A stretch of 61,163 nt of DNA, from NCBI GenBank assembly GCA_010093995.1, contig ML992511.1:1-61163 (forward strand), in the 5' to 3' direction. Positions 50,138-61,163 of the stretch are shown one piece after another. Each line of letters opens with the position of its first letter. The first letter of the stretch is position 1. This DNA comes from Elsinoe ampelina. Taxonomy: Eukaryota. The notes below the pieces were generated by a model. That model worked only from the letters and a program-made list of their open reading frames with translations. It was not told the DNA's origin and made no database searches. The translations under genes were made by a program, and so were the position numbers.

Positions 50138-51220
50138 ATGTCTGTCAATGTCAAGTTTCTGACTGGAGCGCCCTCCTCGAACGACTTGACCTGGAACGAA
50201 CATGATTTGCTGAATGGTCTATTACCGCCTTTCATACCGGAAATCCAAACAAGTACGACTTCGTCTGCTCCGAGTTCTGCTTTGTCCATTCGAGCGAATT
50301 GGCGACACGTGAACCTGAACGGTGAGGTGTTTGCCGAGAGTCCGGTGCAGCACAAGCAGTCGCCTCACATACGTCCGTTCTCGTCAATCATCGAAACCAG
50401 TGACGACTTCATAGAACACTCACTGGCAATATTAGATGCCTTGCAATCGTCCCAACTAGCCCCGCACGAGCAGGCAGATCTGACAGTGGATGAAGAATCC
50501 ACATTCCTGACCAACGAGTCCTTCACATCTTCCTTGGATGGCTCCATCACATCACCGAGCTTCATAGCTTCTACCACTTTACTCTCGAGGCAGCCTCTAA
50601 AGCCCATCAGATCTTTGATCACACCACTCAATTTGATACCTTCCGCCAAGCACTTGCTTCGGTCCAGACCACAGACAATCACAGTAAATCTCATCGTTGG
50701 AATGATATCGATATCAACTCCTCGGACTGTTCATGTCAAGCGTGGTAGTTACAACATGGAGATCCTGGAGATGACCGTGGGAGATGAGACGAAAGCCGGC
50801 TTTAGTGTCTCAATCTGGATGACCCCTCAGGCAAGCGTTCAACAGACCAGATCCAAAGCAGATCTTCGGACATCGGTCGAGCTCTTGAGACCTGGGAACG
50901 TGGTCTACATTGGTCGACTTGCCTTGGCGGACTTCAATGGGCAAGTCTTTGGCCAGAGTCTGAACCGCAAAGCTTCGGGCGTGGTGACCAATTTTGTCGC
51001 ACTTGATGCGGCGGTCATGGCACGATCAGTCCTACACGATCCCGAAATCGTTGCGAAGACCGAACGAGTGTCAGCTTGGGTCGACGAATTTGTCGGCTCC
51101 AGGAATGGACAAGCTCGGAAACGAAAGCTAGACCATGCTCCAAGTGAGCAGCCAGCCAAATCGACGAAGATGGCCAAATTCAAGAATCGTGAATGGTTGC
51201 CAGACGATTCACCAGGCTGA
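50138..51220 (+). CDS. OB-fold nucleic-acid-binding protein, possible SHLD2-like
   Basis: Intact ORF; OB-like segment TVNLIVGMISISTPRTV..ILEMTVGDETKAGFSVSIW..LRPGNVVYIGRLALADFNGQVFG; RKRK NLS-like cluster. Confidence 0.7.
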   Translation: MSVNVKFLTGAPSSNDLTWNEHDLLNGLLPPFIPEIQTSTTSSAPSSALSIRANWRHVNLNGEVFAESPVQHKQSPHIRPFSSIIETSDDFIEHSLAILDALQSSQLAPHEQADLTVDEESTFLTNESFTSSLDGSITSPSFIASTTLLSRQPLKPIRSLITPLNLIPSAKHLLRSRPQTITVNLIVGMISISTPRTVHVKRGSYNMEILEMTVGDETKAGFSVSIWMTPQASVQQTRSKADLRTSVELLRPGNVVYIGRLALADFNGQVFGQSLNRKASGVVTNFVALDAAVMARSVLHDPEIVAKTERVSAWVDEFVGSRNGQARKRKLDHAPSEQPAKSTKMAKFKNREWLPDDSPG

Positions 51221-51489
51221 AGAAGCTGGTAGTGTCCAGTTGAACACTTGACTCCTGGAACAGATCACGATGCCCTTACGAGGCAATCCGTACCGCGATC
51301 GAATCTCCAGATCCGTCACATCTGGCGAATGCATGGGGATGGATCTTGACGTGTAACGGTCGTATTCCATTCGTCGATATTCAGACCACTCGCAAGCACC
51401 ATATTCCAATTGGTTCGTACTGTAGATATGCCGCAGCGTCAAATAGCCCTCATTAAGTGCTGGACTTCATAGGATACAAGGTCGATCAA

Positions 51490-52664
51490 TTTGCTACTCG
51501 ACCGGGCACAGCGGAACATTGACAAGCTTTAAGCGTGCATCGACACTGAGCAACACAATCGACGTATCTCTGACCGTACAGATTCTAAGCGAAGACAAGC
51601 AAAAAACAAGCACCGAGAGAGCCATTAGCATTCTCAGCCACTCCGGACTCGACCTGGATGTCGTAACGACCGGATGCTTCGCACTGGAAATATAGTTCAA
51701 GCAGGTCCCAGGTTGTGAACAGAATGGCTGCAGCACGTACAAGTGGCGAGGTCCTCCACGAGCATGAACTCGATCAACCAGCTCCAACAATCTTACCATC
51801 TTCACCAACATTTGGGTCGTCGCCACAGATTCAATAATGGGTTCCTTCAGTAACCTCTCCGCCATCGCCAGCACCATAAGCAAGCTTCCACCCACTCCCA
51901 CCACCACTCCCGTTTCGGTGCCTGCACGACCAACGGATACTCCTCATCCTGCACCGATCTATACTCCACGCTTGGCAGTCCACACACTGGCCTGCGATGT
52001 GCAGTATGATGCCACTAAACCCGTCAGTGTCCAGTACGTCAATATTACGTCAACCACCAATGTCCTGTCAGGGACAAACTTGGTCATCCCTACGGTCACC
52101 GGGACTGCCTTCAGCACACTTACCCACTATGTCACTGTCACAACGACCAAGGCCAGCGGCACTGCCACTACAACCTCCGCGGTGACATTCACCCCAACGG
52201 TCACGACATGCAGAAAACCTTTGACACTCGCGGCCCAAGGCCTTCTGTCATCAAGCGTGTCGAGGCCGTCTTTGAGAGGCGCGACATTGCCAGTGATACT
52301 GCCACCGAGGTGGCTCCAGCTTCTGTCACGGGCGCTACGTGTAGCGACCAGGCTACTCTCTACCTGCCATCTGCCACTGTCACGAGCATCTTCTCTGCTA
52401 CGTATGTATACTAGCATAAGACGACTGGTCACTACTGACGAAATGGATGACCATTGATTACAAGCATTGGTACCATCACCAAGGAGGCAATCACGCCCGC
52501 TTCGACGTATGTAATGATTCATAACAGTGCCTCATCGGCTGCTGACATGTGAGAGTCTTACTATCAGGGTTACGAACGTTGCGCCGTTCCATACTGTCAC
52601 ACACTGCGCTCAGTGTCGCGGTCTGCAGAAGCAAGGATGCCCTACACATGATATCATCTGGTAG
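51490..52664 (+). pseudogene. Decayed Ser/Thr-rich extracellular-type gene; start not located
   Basis: One frame with stops at 51693 and 51765, a frame change near 52210, and two well-formed introns (52402-52464, 52507-52567) joining Thr-rich exons to a stop at 52662-52664. Confidence 0.55.
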
Positions 52665-52790
52665 TTCGAGTTACCTACGCACTTGGCCCATGCGCGGTCT
52701 GAAACTCCAGACTCACAATTACAACCGGTCACAAGTACATAGTTCGTGCTTCTCGATAAAAATATTTCTTCTCTCATCCATCTACCTCGT

Positions 52791-54272
52791 CTACAATGAC
52801 AAGTTCTTGCAGCTGAATGCCGGTGTCGTGCCGCCACTGTAATCGGCAATGATGGCCTCAACAGCAGCATACAATCCCGGTCCCAGCAAGAATAGCCCAC
52901 AAACCATGACAAAAGCATGCACCACCGTCAGCACACTCCTTCCCAGCCCCTGGAACAGTTTCGTCTTGTACAACTGCCAGTACGCCACCGCAAAGAAGAT
53001 GAAGCCAAAAAAGCTGTCGAACGCCGCTCCCAAGAGCGACAAAAAGTCACCCATGCTCGGAATCACCTCGGCAAACACAAACGCCACCAACCAAATCGCC
53101 ACCATAACCCCAACCCACACCCCCCAACCCTTGACACTATTACTGTGCGCATGCCTCGAATTCCCCATCGCACGGGAGTAGATGAACTTGGCCGTGACAT
53201 TGGCGTAAATGACACCGATGATCAGCGTCGGCACAATGACAAACGCAAACGACGCCTTCTTGTAGGCCACCACACCGAGCGACCCAAACGCCGGCGCGGT
53301 GGAGTACTGGCCCAGATACTTGAAGCCGACGGCGGGGGGGACGATGAACAAGAACGTGGATATCGCGGCCAAGACGGCCAGCGACTTGGGGAAGTCCTCT
53401 GGCTTCTCCATCTCGGCGATGAAGGTGGGGAACAAGATCTGCGGCACCCAGAGGAAGGTGATGTTGAGCACGGCGTTCATGCAGGCCACCCAGGTCGTGC
53501 CGGGGAGGGGGAAGGCGTAGGTCTTCACGGGGCCGAGGGAGGGGTAGGAGCCGTTGTAGCCGTACCCTGGGGCGTCTTCGGTGCCGGCGAAGATCAGGAA
53601 GAGGAGGATGGCGAGGGCCATGCAGAAGGCGGAGAACATGGACATGAAGGAGACGTGGTTGAGGGTGCGGGGGATGGAGAGGACGATGCCCATTAGGGTG
53701 GCGATGACGGAGAAGACGACTGTGCAGAGGGAGTGGTCGCTGAGGGTGTTGAGGACCTTTGCGCCGGTTAATATGTGGAAACCGATTAATAGTATGTTGT
53801 TTGCTAATAACTGCCCCAAAAATCAGCATACAGTATTGCAGAGTCGATGCACCTAACGTACCATGAAGGCGGTGAAGTACCATGCGATCTTACTCTTGCC
53901 GAAGACGATGTAGCCGAATTCGACAATGTCGGTGATCTGCGGGTGCTTCATGATGTATTTGTGCATGGTGATGGAAGTGATCCAGAAGAGGGCGCCGGCG
54001 ACGAGCATGGTGATGATACCGGGGACCCAGCCCAGGACGGAGAGGGACCAGGTTTGAGCCATGATGGCGAGGCAGACTTGGTCGCCGGCGAGAAGCCATG
54101 CGGCTTTTTGCCAAGACATTGTCCGTAGCTTGATATCATGTTTGTGGTCCTCTTTGATAAGGTCGCTGAAGCCAGTGTCAGAGCTGCCATCCGAGTCAAC
54201 GGCTGCGTGCTCGTCGACAACCGAGGCGCGCTTGTGGGCGGGGATTTGCTCCCCGTCGTTGTCGAAAGCCAT
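52791..54272 (-). CDS. Neutral amino acid permease (Aa_trans/AAAP, Mtr-like); intron 53811-53861
   Basis: RTMSWQKAAWLLAGDQVCLAIMAQTW..LGWVPG, FIAEMEKPEDFPKSL, multiple hydrophobic segments. Confidence 0.92.
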
Positions 54273-54328
54273 GCTGGTAGTAATGTTGAAGTTGAAAGAA
54301 ACCCGAAAGTGTACTTATCTCGACAGCC

Positions 54329-54355
54329 TTATAAAATGCACTTCACAGCGAGTCA
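54329..54355 (-). promoter_or_regulatory. Candidate TATA box and Gcn4/CpcA-like site of the amino-acid permease
   Basis: Minus strand TGACTC(G) at 54350-54355 and TTTATAA at 54329-54335, about 60 nt upstream of the ATG; short motifs that could occur by chance. Confidence 0.35.
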
Positions 54356-55916
54356 GGAGAGGCCTGAAGATCTGTAGCTAAGATGGCTAAGCAAATCTTA
54401 AAAGCACGTAATCGGTCAAGAACACGTCCGGGGCAGTTGCAAAGTCCCACCTCAAGCTTTTTCCAAGCTCAGATTGGTCGGATCAAGCCTCATGATCGGC
54501 GTTGCCGAGCACTTGGGAACGGGTCTGGATCCGCCATGCAGCGCTATCGTTGCTGGAGAGGGACTCGTGCTGGTCATGGTGGCTCGTGGCGTGCACATTG
54601 TCGTGTTTGAATTTTTCCTTGTCGCAACATGTCTGGTGAGTCGGTGGCAATGGCATCGCAAGGCCACTCTTAAGCTCGCAAGCTGCATGTACCATCGCAC
54701 GTGCTGCCCCCCACACAGCCGGTCTGGAGAAGCCCATCAGCACATGGTTTGCTTATTCGGCATCTGAACGACCATGAATTGCATCTTTACCGCCAGTCTG
54801 GTAGGATACATGCGTGGTCGATGGCGAATAATGTCGCGGCTCGCTGTTCAAGCGAATCAGGTCGTGTTTTGTCTCTGGGTGAAGAGAATCGCGACATCAA
54901 TTGATGCCCACGGGATTGGTACGTCGAGTGGTATCGATTCGTTTCTCACTGCATCGACAGTATATGGGTCCTTTAGCTGTTCATGCCGCCTCCAACTGAT
55001 TGTCCGAAGAGGACTGACCGGCTCCGGTGTAATCTCGGTCATTGAAAGATGAAAAGCGGTGCGGAGGTACGCTCGGGTTTAGATATCACTCGCTCTGCCG
55101 TCTGATGTAGAAATGCATCCGCACAGTCCTTGTGATGGGGACCTCACAGCGATCGTACTGTAATACTTAAGCGAAAGGAGCATCAGATGCCAAGAGTGCC
55201 AATTGGGTTATCATCGTTTTGTAAAATGAGAGAAGGGTGTGGCGATCCACTTCGGATTCGGCGGGAGATGAGTGTCTGTCATGTGCTGCAGATAGCCACC
55301 TTGCCTGAATGGATTGCAAACGCCGACAGGCTGGTCTTGTGCTGCCTCATGAACTTTTCAGCCCTCATCGTTGACTGAAGGACTTTGGTGCGGAGGTGTT
55401 TCATATGGCTGGGCAAAACATCAAAGCCCGCACTGCCGTCACCTGATTGGCATTTGCCCCCACACTTTCCTTGAACTTTTCGAATTTCTCACAAAAGGTC
55501 CACGCTCAATTTCAACAGGATGGTCGGTTCCGCAGAAGGTGGCCCCTCAGGCGCTTCGGGCGCATGTCCAGCTGGAAACTGTTTCACTTGGTCCGGCTGG
55601 AAACTGTCGACGTCGTTCTACCAGCCAACCCCTTCTTTCTTTCACTCCTGTATAACAAAATCTGTACTCCAGTCTGATATCTCAGGCCATGCTGTATGTT
55701 CTTGTTCGTTCCGTCACTGGCCTTATGGCGTCAAACTAACTACAAACTTTTCATCTGGAAATGAGGGCACAATCAGAGGAATGGTTAACTTCAGGGCGCA
55801 CCATGCTTCACTGTAGGGCTTCAACATCACAAACTTCCCTTCCTCGTCTTGTGTCGTACTCAGAATGCCCATATAAGGTCGGTCGAATGCCCTCGGGGTC
55901 TTCTCTTCTAGAATTA

Positions 55917-55944
55917 CATTCATTCATTCATTCATTCATTCATT
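55917..55944 (+). repeat. (CATT)7 microsatellite upstream of the DUF1996 start codon
   Basis: Seven consecutive CATT units. Confidence 0.9.
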
Positions 55945-55974
55945 TCTTGTTCTATTCTACTACTATTCTTCGAC

Positions 55975-56933
55975 ATGAAGTCCACATTCCTTGTTGCTGC
56001 ATGCGTAGGCAGTGCCTATGGCATCCACATTGTCAAACTCGCTCAGTTCATGAAGAAGAACATCGATCCACTCGTTTTCCCGGGAGCGTACCGTTCTCAC
56101 ATGCATTGCTTCTTCGGCTCCCCTGCAGTCACCGTCAACACCACCACGAGTGATCAGATCAGCGAGGGTGGTTGTACTACTGCCACCAATTTGAATGACC
56201 TGTCCGTCTACTGTACGTCTTCGCCCACCACAAGCTTGATGTCCTTGACTGACCTGTTCCAGGGGTTCCGGAGCTCTACACCAACATTGGCGGCAAACTT
56301 ACCGAGGTCCCCGTCTATCTCCAGGCGTACTATATCAACATCGACAAGGCCGAGATCCCCATCCCCGAGAACTTCCACGCCATTGCTGGTAATTCCAAAG
56401 CTACATCCAACGCCGAGACCGTAAGCGGCTCCAACATCCGTATCGGCTGCGAAGACGAACAGCCAAGCGATCGTGGTGTTTTCCCTCAGAAACCCTGCAA
56501 AGGTCCCATGCAAACCCTCCTATACTTCCCGGACTGCGTTGATACCCAGACACTGAAGTCAGTCTACGCAAGAGACAACGGCTGGAAATGTCCATCCGGA
56601 TACAAGCGTATCCCTCAGCTTCGGTTCAGCGCCCGCTACGACCTCAACAAGGCTATCCCTGGTGGATGGAGCGGTACACCTCCTCTCCAGTACTCCTGCG
56701 GTCCCAGCTACTGCTGGCACGGTGACTTCATCAATGGCTGGCTCCCAGAGGCTGCCAAGAATATGCTCCGAGCTACCCACGCCACCAAGCACGAGGGGGT
56801 CCCTGGGCCTAACGACTCCAAGGTTCGGGGGAAGAACTTCTGCCGCGTTGAGGATGCACATGACGCAGACCCAGATAGGGGCACCAGTGATCTCGCAAAG
56901 AGCATGCAGATCCTCAAGTCCTATTCACCTTAG
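55975..56933 (+). CDS. Secreted DUF1996 protein; intron 56213-56262
   Basis: Signal peptide, KNIDPLVFPG..SHMHCFFGS, CTT..NDLSVYWVPELY, LYFPDC, CPSGYKRIPQL, CWHGDFINGW. Confidence 0.92.
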
Positions 56934-57377
56934 CTTATCTCGAGATGGTTGGCGGGCTCTGGCAAGTCCGTCAGCTCGTTGCTTCAGATACTACCAATCA
57001 ATACTATCCCACTCCTTCTTCTGACTGTCTGTGAAACGCTGTCACGTCGCTCGCCGCCTTCTTGTCTTTCTCCTCACCTACTGACTTCTTGGGCTACAAT
57101 CTTCCAGTGTGCACGATACATCTGGTAGTTATTCTACCAGTCTCCTTTCGATTGTCCCGCTTTCTCGATCCGAGTCAGAAAGTCATGTCGTCGAAGCCGC
57201 CCGCGCTCAGAGCAATGTCACTCCTGGTTTGTCCCCATCGAGTACACCCCTCTTGGCACTAAAGGCCACCTACTGGCAGACGTTGTATCGACTAGAAAGG
57301 GGTTAGAGGAATGTGCCACCTGGTCTCGCCTGCCATCATCATCGAGAAGGTCAAGTAAGTTATGTCGTCACTGGTAG

Positions 57378-58897
57378 TTATTGCGATCTCACTCTCAACA
57401 TCGTTCGATGGAGTGTCCTCGTCAGCCATGATGCAGGTGTCAGATCGAACAGGGTTTCGCCGCAGGCACGTTCTTTGGACAAATGAACCGCTGACATGCT
57501 AACGGTTACCCTTGCCTGGATAGATTCCTTGACTTGCTTCATCGCATTCCCGTCTAGCGGCATGAGGGGTTGCCGGAATCTGTTGGCCTTCTTGGTCGCT
57601 GGCTTCTCGACGTCGATGTTCTCAAGCAGGGCTTTGTCTTGGACATCGCGAAGACGATTTCTGACATATCTAGAATGAAGTCAGTCGTGCACATCTTCCC
57701 TTTGCTGCAAGACTCACTGTTGAGACTGTTTCGGAAGATCGTCAAAATCAGTAACGTTCTTTATGCCGAGCGGCCATTGCTTCTTGAAGAAGTCTTTGAG
57801 TTCGGTGTTGGAATACCGACGGTGCTTCCTTGGACGGAGCGTCGCATGCTCGTCCGGCGTGAGAGCTTGTATGTCTGCGAACTTGGGCTCCCTGCGATGT
57901 ATCTTCTCCTTATTGGACGCGCGAAGGGAGTTGAATTCATTTGAGATCCCACCGATGTAAGGAGATGTCACAGCTGGCGCGAAGTTGAGGTTGTGATCTA
58001 GCGACTCCCGAACACCAGTAGTTGTGGTACCGTCAAAGTCTTTTGGGAGATGCGCAATGTCACGCGCGTAACCCCTTCGGAGGGCGTGAGCGTAGACGGC
58101 GCTCAGGATACCAGCGATCTTTCCCATCTGCTGGACGCTCTCATTGATGAATGGGGCGCCAGCGGGTTTGTCAAGGATCAGTTGGTGATGTCCATTTACC
58201 AGTGCACAGATGACTGGATACTGTGGGAACTTCCAGACAAGCGTTCGGTCGTTGCGTCCGGGCATGTCTGCCAACAGCTGGTCGATGTTTGTAACTTAGT
58301 CTAATTGGACAAAAATGAGCGCAGTGATCTGCGTGTAGACACGTCGAATCAGGCGAAAGACGACCAAGAGCCGAAAGAAGGTACCCGGGAGCTAGCCTAG
58401 GAGATAAAAGGCGAAGAGGCGGCGGTAGAGACCGTAGAGTCGACAGTAGTGGTAGTTAGTGCCGAAGATTCGACCAGACTCAGCAAGCGAGTAGCCAAGT
58501 CAGTAGCGAATGCCAGAGAAGGAGTGGTAGTCGCCGGAGGAGATCCTACCAGGTCGGCGACAGATGTGGTAAGTTAGGAATGACCGAAGGAAGTTCCAAA
58601 GAAGGGACCCGGGAAGATGAGGAAGCGTGATAGTTACTTGATCGGGACCGTGGCGGCCGATTCAAGCTTGTGGCCTAAGTTATACTGGCGCGGAGAGAGA
58701 CTTGGGCTTGGAGGTCTAAGACTGTGAAGTCTTGAGCGTCGTCGTTGAAAGTGATTTTGATGTCTGCAAACTTCATGTAGATGTCGGTGTAGCCAATAAG
58801 TTAGAAACAGCCACATCTCCGGCGCGGATACCGTTCGATGAGTACCCTTTCCTAACGTCGCGCGTCCACAACCGACGCACGTCCACGAGCGACTCAC
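57378..58897 (-). pseudogene. Decayed gene of unknown family beside the RIP block
   Basis: Track ORFs 57714-58274 and 57378-57563 share one frame broken by TAA (58296) and TGA (57714, 57681). Upstream, a different frame from 58897 carries CxxC..HxxxC and a Ser/Thr/Pro-rich tract with further stops. Confidence 0.55.
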
Positions 58898-58944
58898 ACC
58901 TCGTTTTTTTTTACGCGTGTACTTCGTAACTATCCTTCCTTTTT

Positions 58945-59569
58945 ACGTAACAAATATCATAGTCTAAATTGTTTTATCATGTATACTAAAGCTGACGTCG
59001 CTACCGCCCTAGATAGCTATCGATATAAGCGATTTATCTCTCTAAACACTACTACTAACATATTTAAAATTCTATATATAACACTTTAATATTAATACTA
59101 TAGCTAACAATTATAATATATATATAACAAAGGATGCTAATTACTATCTCCGGCCGAAGAATAGACACTTATAGCCTATATTCTTTAGCTTAATAGCCTT
59201 AGAATACCTATAATACTTTACTTTATCTATAAGCTTATTTATAAGATAGTTTAATATTAAACATGTTAAATAGACTACTAACTTCCCTTGTCTCTATCGT
59301 AGCTAATTAGTTAAATATAGATATAATAACTATATAAATGTTATTTATAGATTAAGATAGCTTAGTTATAGTAGCTAGAGTCTTTACGCTATAAAGCTAA
59401 AATATATAAGGCTATTATACTATTCTTCGATGCGTTATTTAACTTGTTTAAATAATATAACTATCTACCTTCTAACGTCTATAACTTTAATAAGGTAGGC
59501 GCTAGTATTAGTTTAATATAATTAATATAGATAGTTATTATTAAGCGGAAGGCACGTTTAGGGGTAGAA
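58945..59569 (+). mobile_element. RIP-degraded Pogo/Fot1-type (Tc1/mariner) transposase fragment; left end approximate
   Basis: LSPAEE*TLIAYIL*LNSLRIP (about 59144-59210, CENP-B HTH-like) and YNYLPSNVYNFNKVG (about 59456-59500, matching DIYNFDETG after G->A reversion). Confidence 0.7.
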
Positions 59570-59741
59570 TATTATATAGAACTAATTATATACTAGTTAG
59601 GTAATAGACAAGTTAATTAATTAAAAGAAGTCTATCTACTAGAAGAAAGAACAGCTATAAATCTCTAGGCCTTAGTATTATATAACTTAAGGTTATATAA
59701 CTTTATAGCCTAATTATCTAGAGAGAGCTATATTCTTAATA
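59570..59741 (-). repeat. Putative 3' LTR (about 172 bp) of the Copia element
   Basis: Purine tract AAGTAGGAG directly precedes TATTA (RIP form of TGTTG) at 59741; the segment ends in TAATA (RIP form of CAACA) at 59570. Confidence 0.5.
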
Positions 59742-61163
59742 CTCCTACTTAGCTCCTATAGATAAGCTATTAGATTAATAATAAGCTAAGTTACTTTATA
59801 AACCTTATAAAGATCTAACCTTATAATAGCTTAGTTAACCTATTAGCTACTATGTCTACTATCCTTATAAACTCTACTTAAATCCTCTAGTCCCTCTATA
59901 GCTTTCTAATATAGTAGTAAGCAATATTAATATACTTTGCCCTTTTATAAGTATATAGCTTTTTTATAAGTAAAAGAGCTACTTAGTTATTACTATTAAT
60001 CCTAGTAGTAAAGAGTAATCTTATTATTGCTTTCTAAGATTCCTTTATAGTTAGCCTCTATAGTAGTTGCCTAACTATCTTATAATAGCCTATGTCTCTT
60101 AGTAACTAAGATAGGAACTATAATTTCTTTATATAAGAGTATATTACTATATATTTAGCCTCTATAGTAGAGGTTAAAACAGACTTCTACTTTCTACTTA
60201 TCTAGCTAATAGAACTACCTATAAGTATAAAGACATATCTAAGGATCGAGACTCTATCTAACTTGTCTAAGGTATAGTCTAAATTAGAGTATCCCTTAAG
60301 AGTCTTATTTCTATTCCTTCTAAATATAATACTAAGATCTTTAGTTAATCTAATATATCTTAATATCTTCTTTATTTTAATAGTATAACTATCTATTAGA
60401 TCTGCTATAAACTAACTTAGCCTTCCTAAGGTAAAGGTAGTATCTAGCCTTATTAGAGTACTAAGGTATATCTAGCTTCTAATAGTATATAAGTACTTAG
60501 TTCTACTATACTTTATATTATCTTCCTAAGCTCTTTAAGGGAGCTTATTATCTATTAGCTACTTTATTAGAGTAACCTTATTAGAGGTTATATTAAGCCT
60601 CTATAGTATATTATCTACATAGTAGGTTTAATTAAGTCTTAAGGTACCTTATTATCTATCCCTTATAACCTTAACTCTAAGAACTTTATTAACCTTACTA
60701 AGATCTTTAATCTTAAAGATCTTACTAAGTTCTTACTTAAACTACTAGATGTTCTTTTTGCTTTATGCTATAAATAGTATATTATTAATATAAACTAAGA
60801 GAATAATCTTCTTATTATAGTATATAAAAAAACAAGAGTCTACTTTGCTCTAAGTAAAGCCTAGCTTTAGAAGCTTAGAGATATAGTGCTAGTTCTAGTT
60901 TCTAGTAGCTTACTTAAGTCTATATAAGCTCCTTAGAATCTAGAAGGTAAATCTAGGACTAACCTTTAGTCTAGGTAGTAGTCTTATATAAATTCTTTTA
61001 TAAAGAAAAAACTCTATAAAGACGTTATTAATATTTACCTAGTAACACTTAAAGTTATATATATAAACAATAGCGAAGAATAGCCTAAGTATATCTACTC
61101 TAACTATTAGTATAAATATGTCTTTATAGTTAATACTATACTTCTATAAGAAGCCTCTAGTAA
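59570..61163 (-). mobile_element. RIP-degraded Ty1/Copia LTR retrotransposon, 3' part (RT, RNase H, 3' LTR)
   Basis: Minus strand reads ILRSLYRLK*ATRN (SLYGLKQA, about 60900-60940), LLVYINNIL (YVDD, about 60780-60800), SRK*KSVLTSTIEAKY (RNase H, about 60150-60200) and DIVANRLTKL (ADGLTK, about 59830-59857). Confidence 0.9.

Overview
Intron-containing, gene-dense block of a filamentous ascomycete (Pezizomycotina; Eurotiomycetes/Chaetothyriales-like by impression only). It holds about 26 intact protein genes, mostly housekeeping: NHP2, GGPP synthase, SIN Cdc14, transketolase, GH76, DBP5, BZZ1, SUN glucanase, ARP2, GCLM, APS1, MAF1, ERG27, a SET methyltransferase, TFB1, a Rid1-like protein, APD1, an amino-acid permease and a DUF1996 protein. 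AT/TpA-rich blocks with the signature of repeat-induced point mutation (RIP) bound both ends. The left block hides a RIP-destroyed, intron-containing divergent histone H3-like gene. The right block is a Ty1/Copia element apparently nested in a Pogo/Fot1 transposase, next to a gene decayed by C->T mutation. Other notable signals are a 327-bp Harbinger/Tourist-like MITE, an OB-fold protein whose N-terminus resembles vertebrate shieldin SHLD2, a 321-nt intron with hairpins in the SET gene, a GC-AG intron in BZZ1, and nine sharp C-rich-to-G-rich strand-skew flips that ignore gene orientation. All calls were made by eye from the sequence and recalled family motifs; no searches were run.
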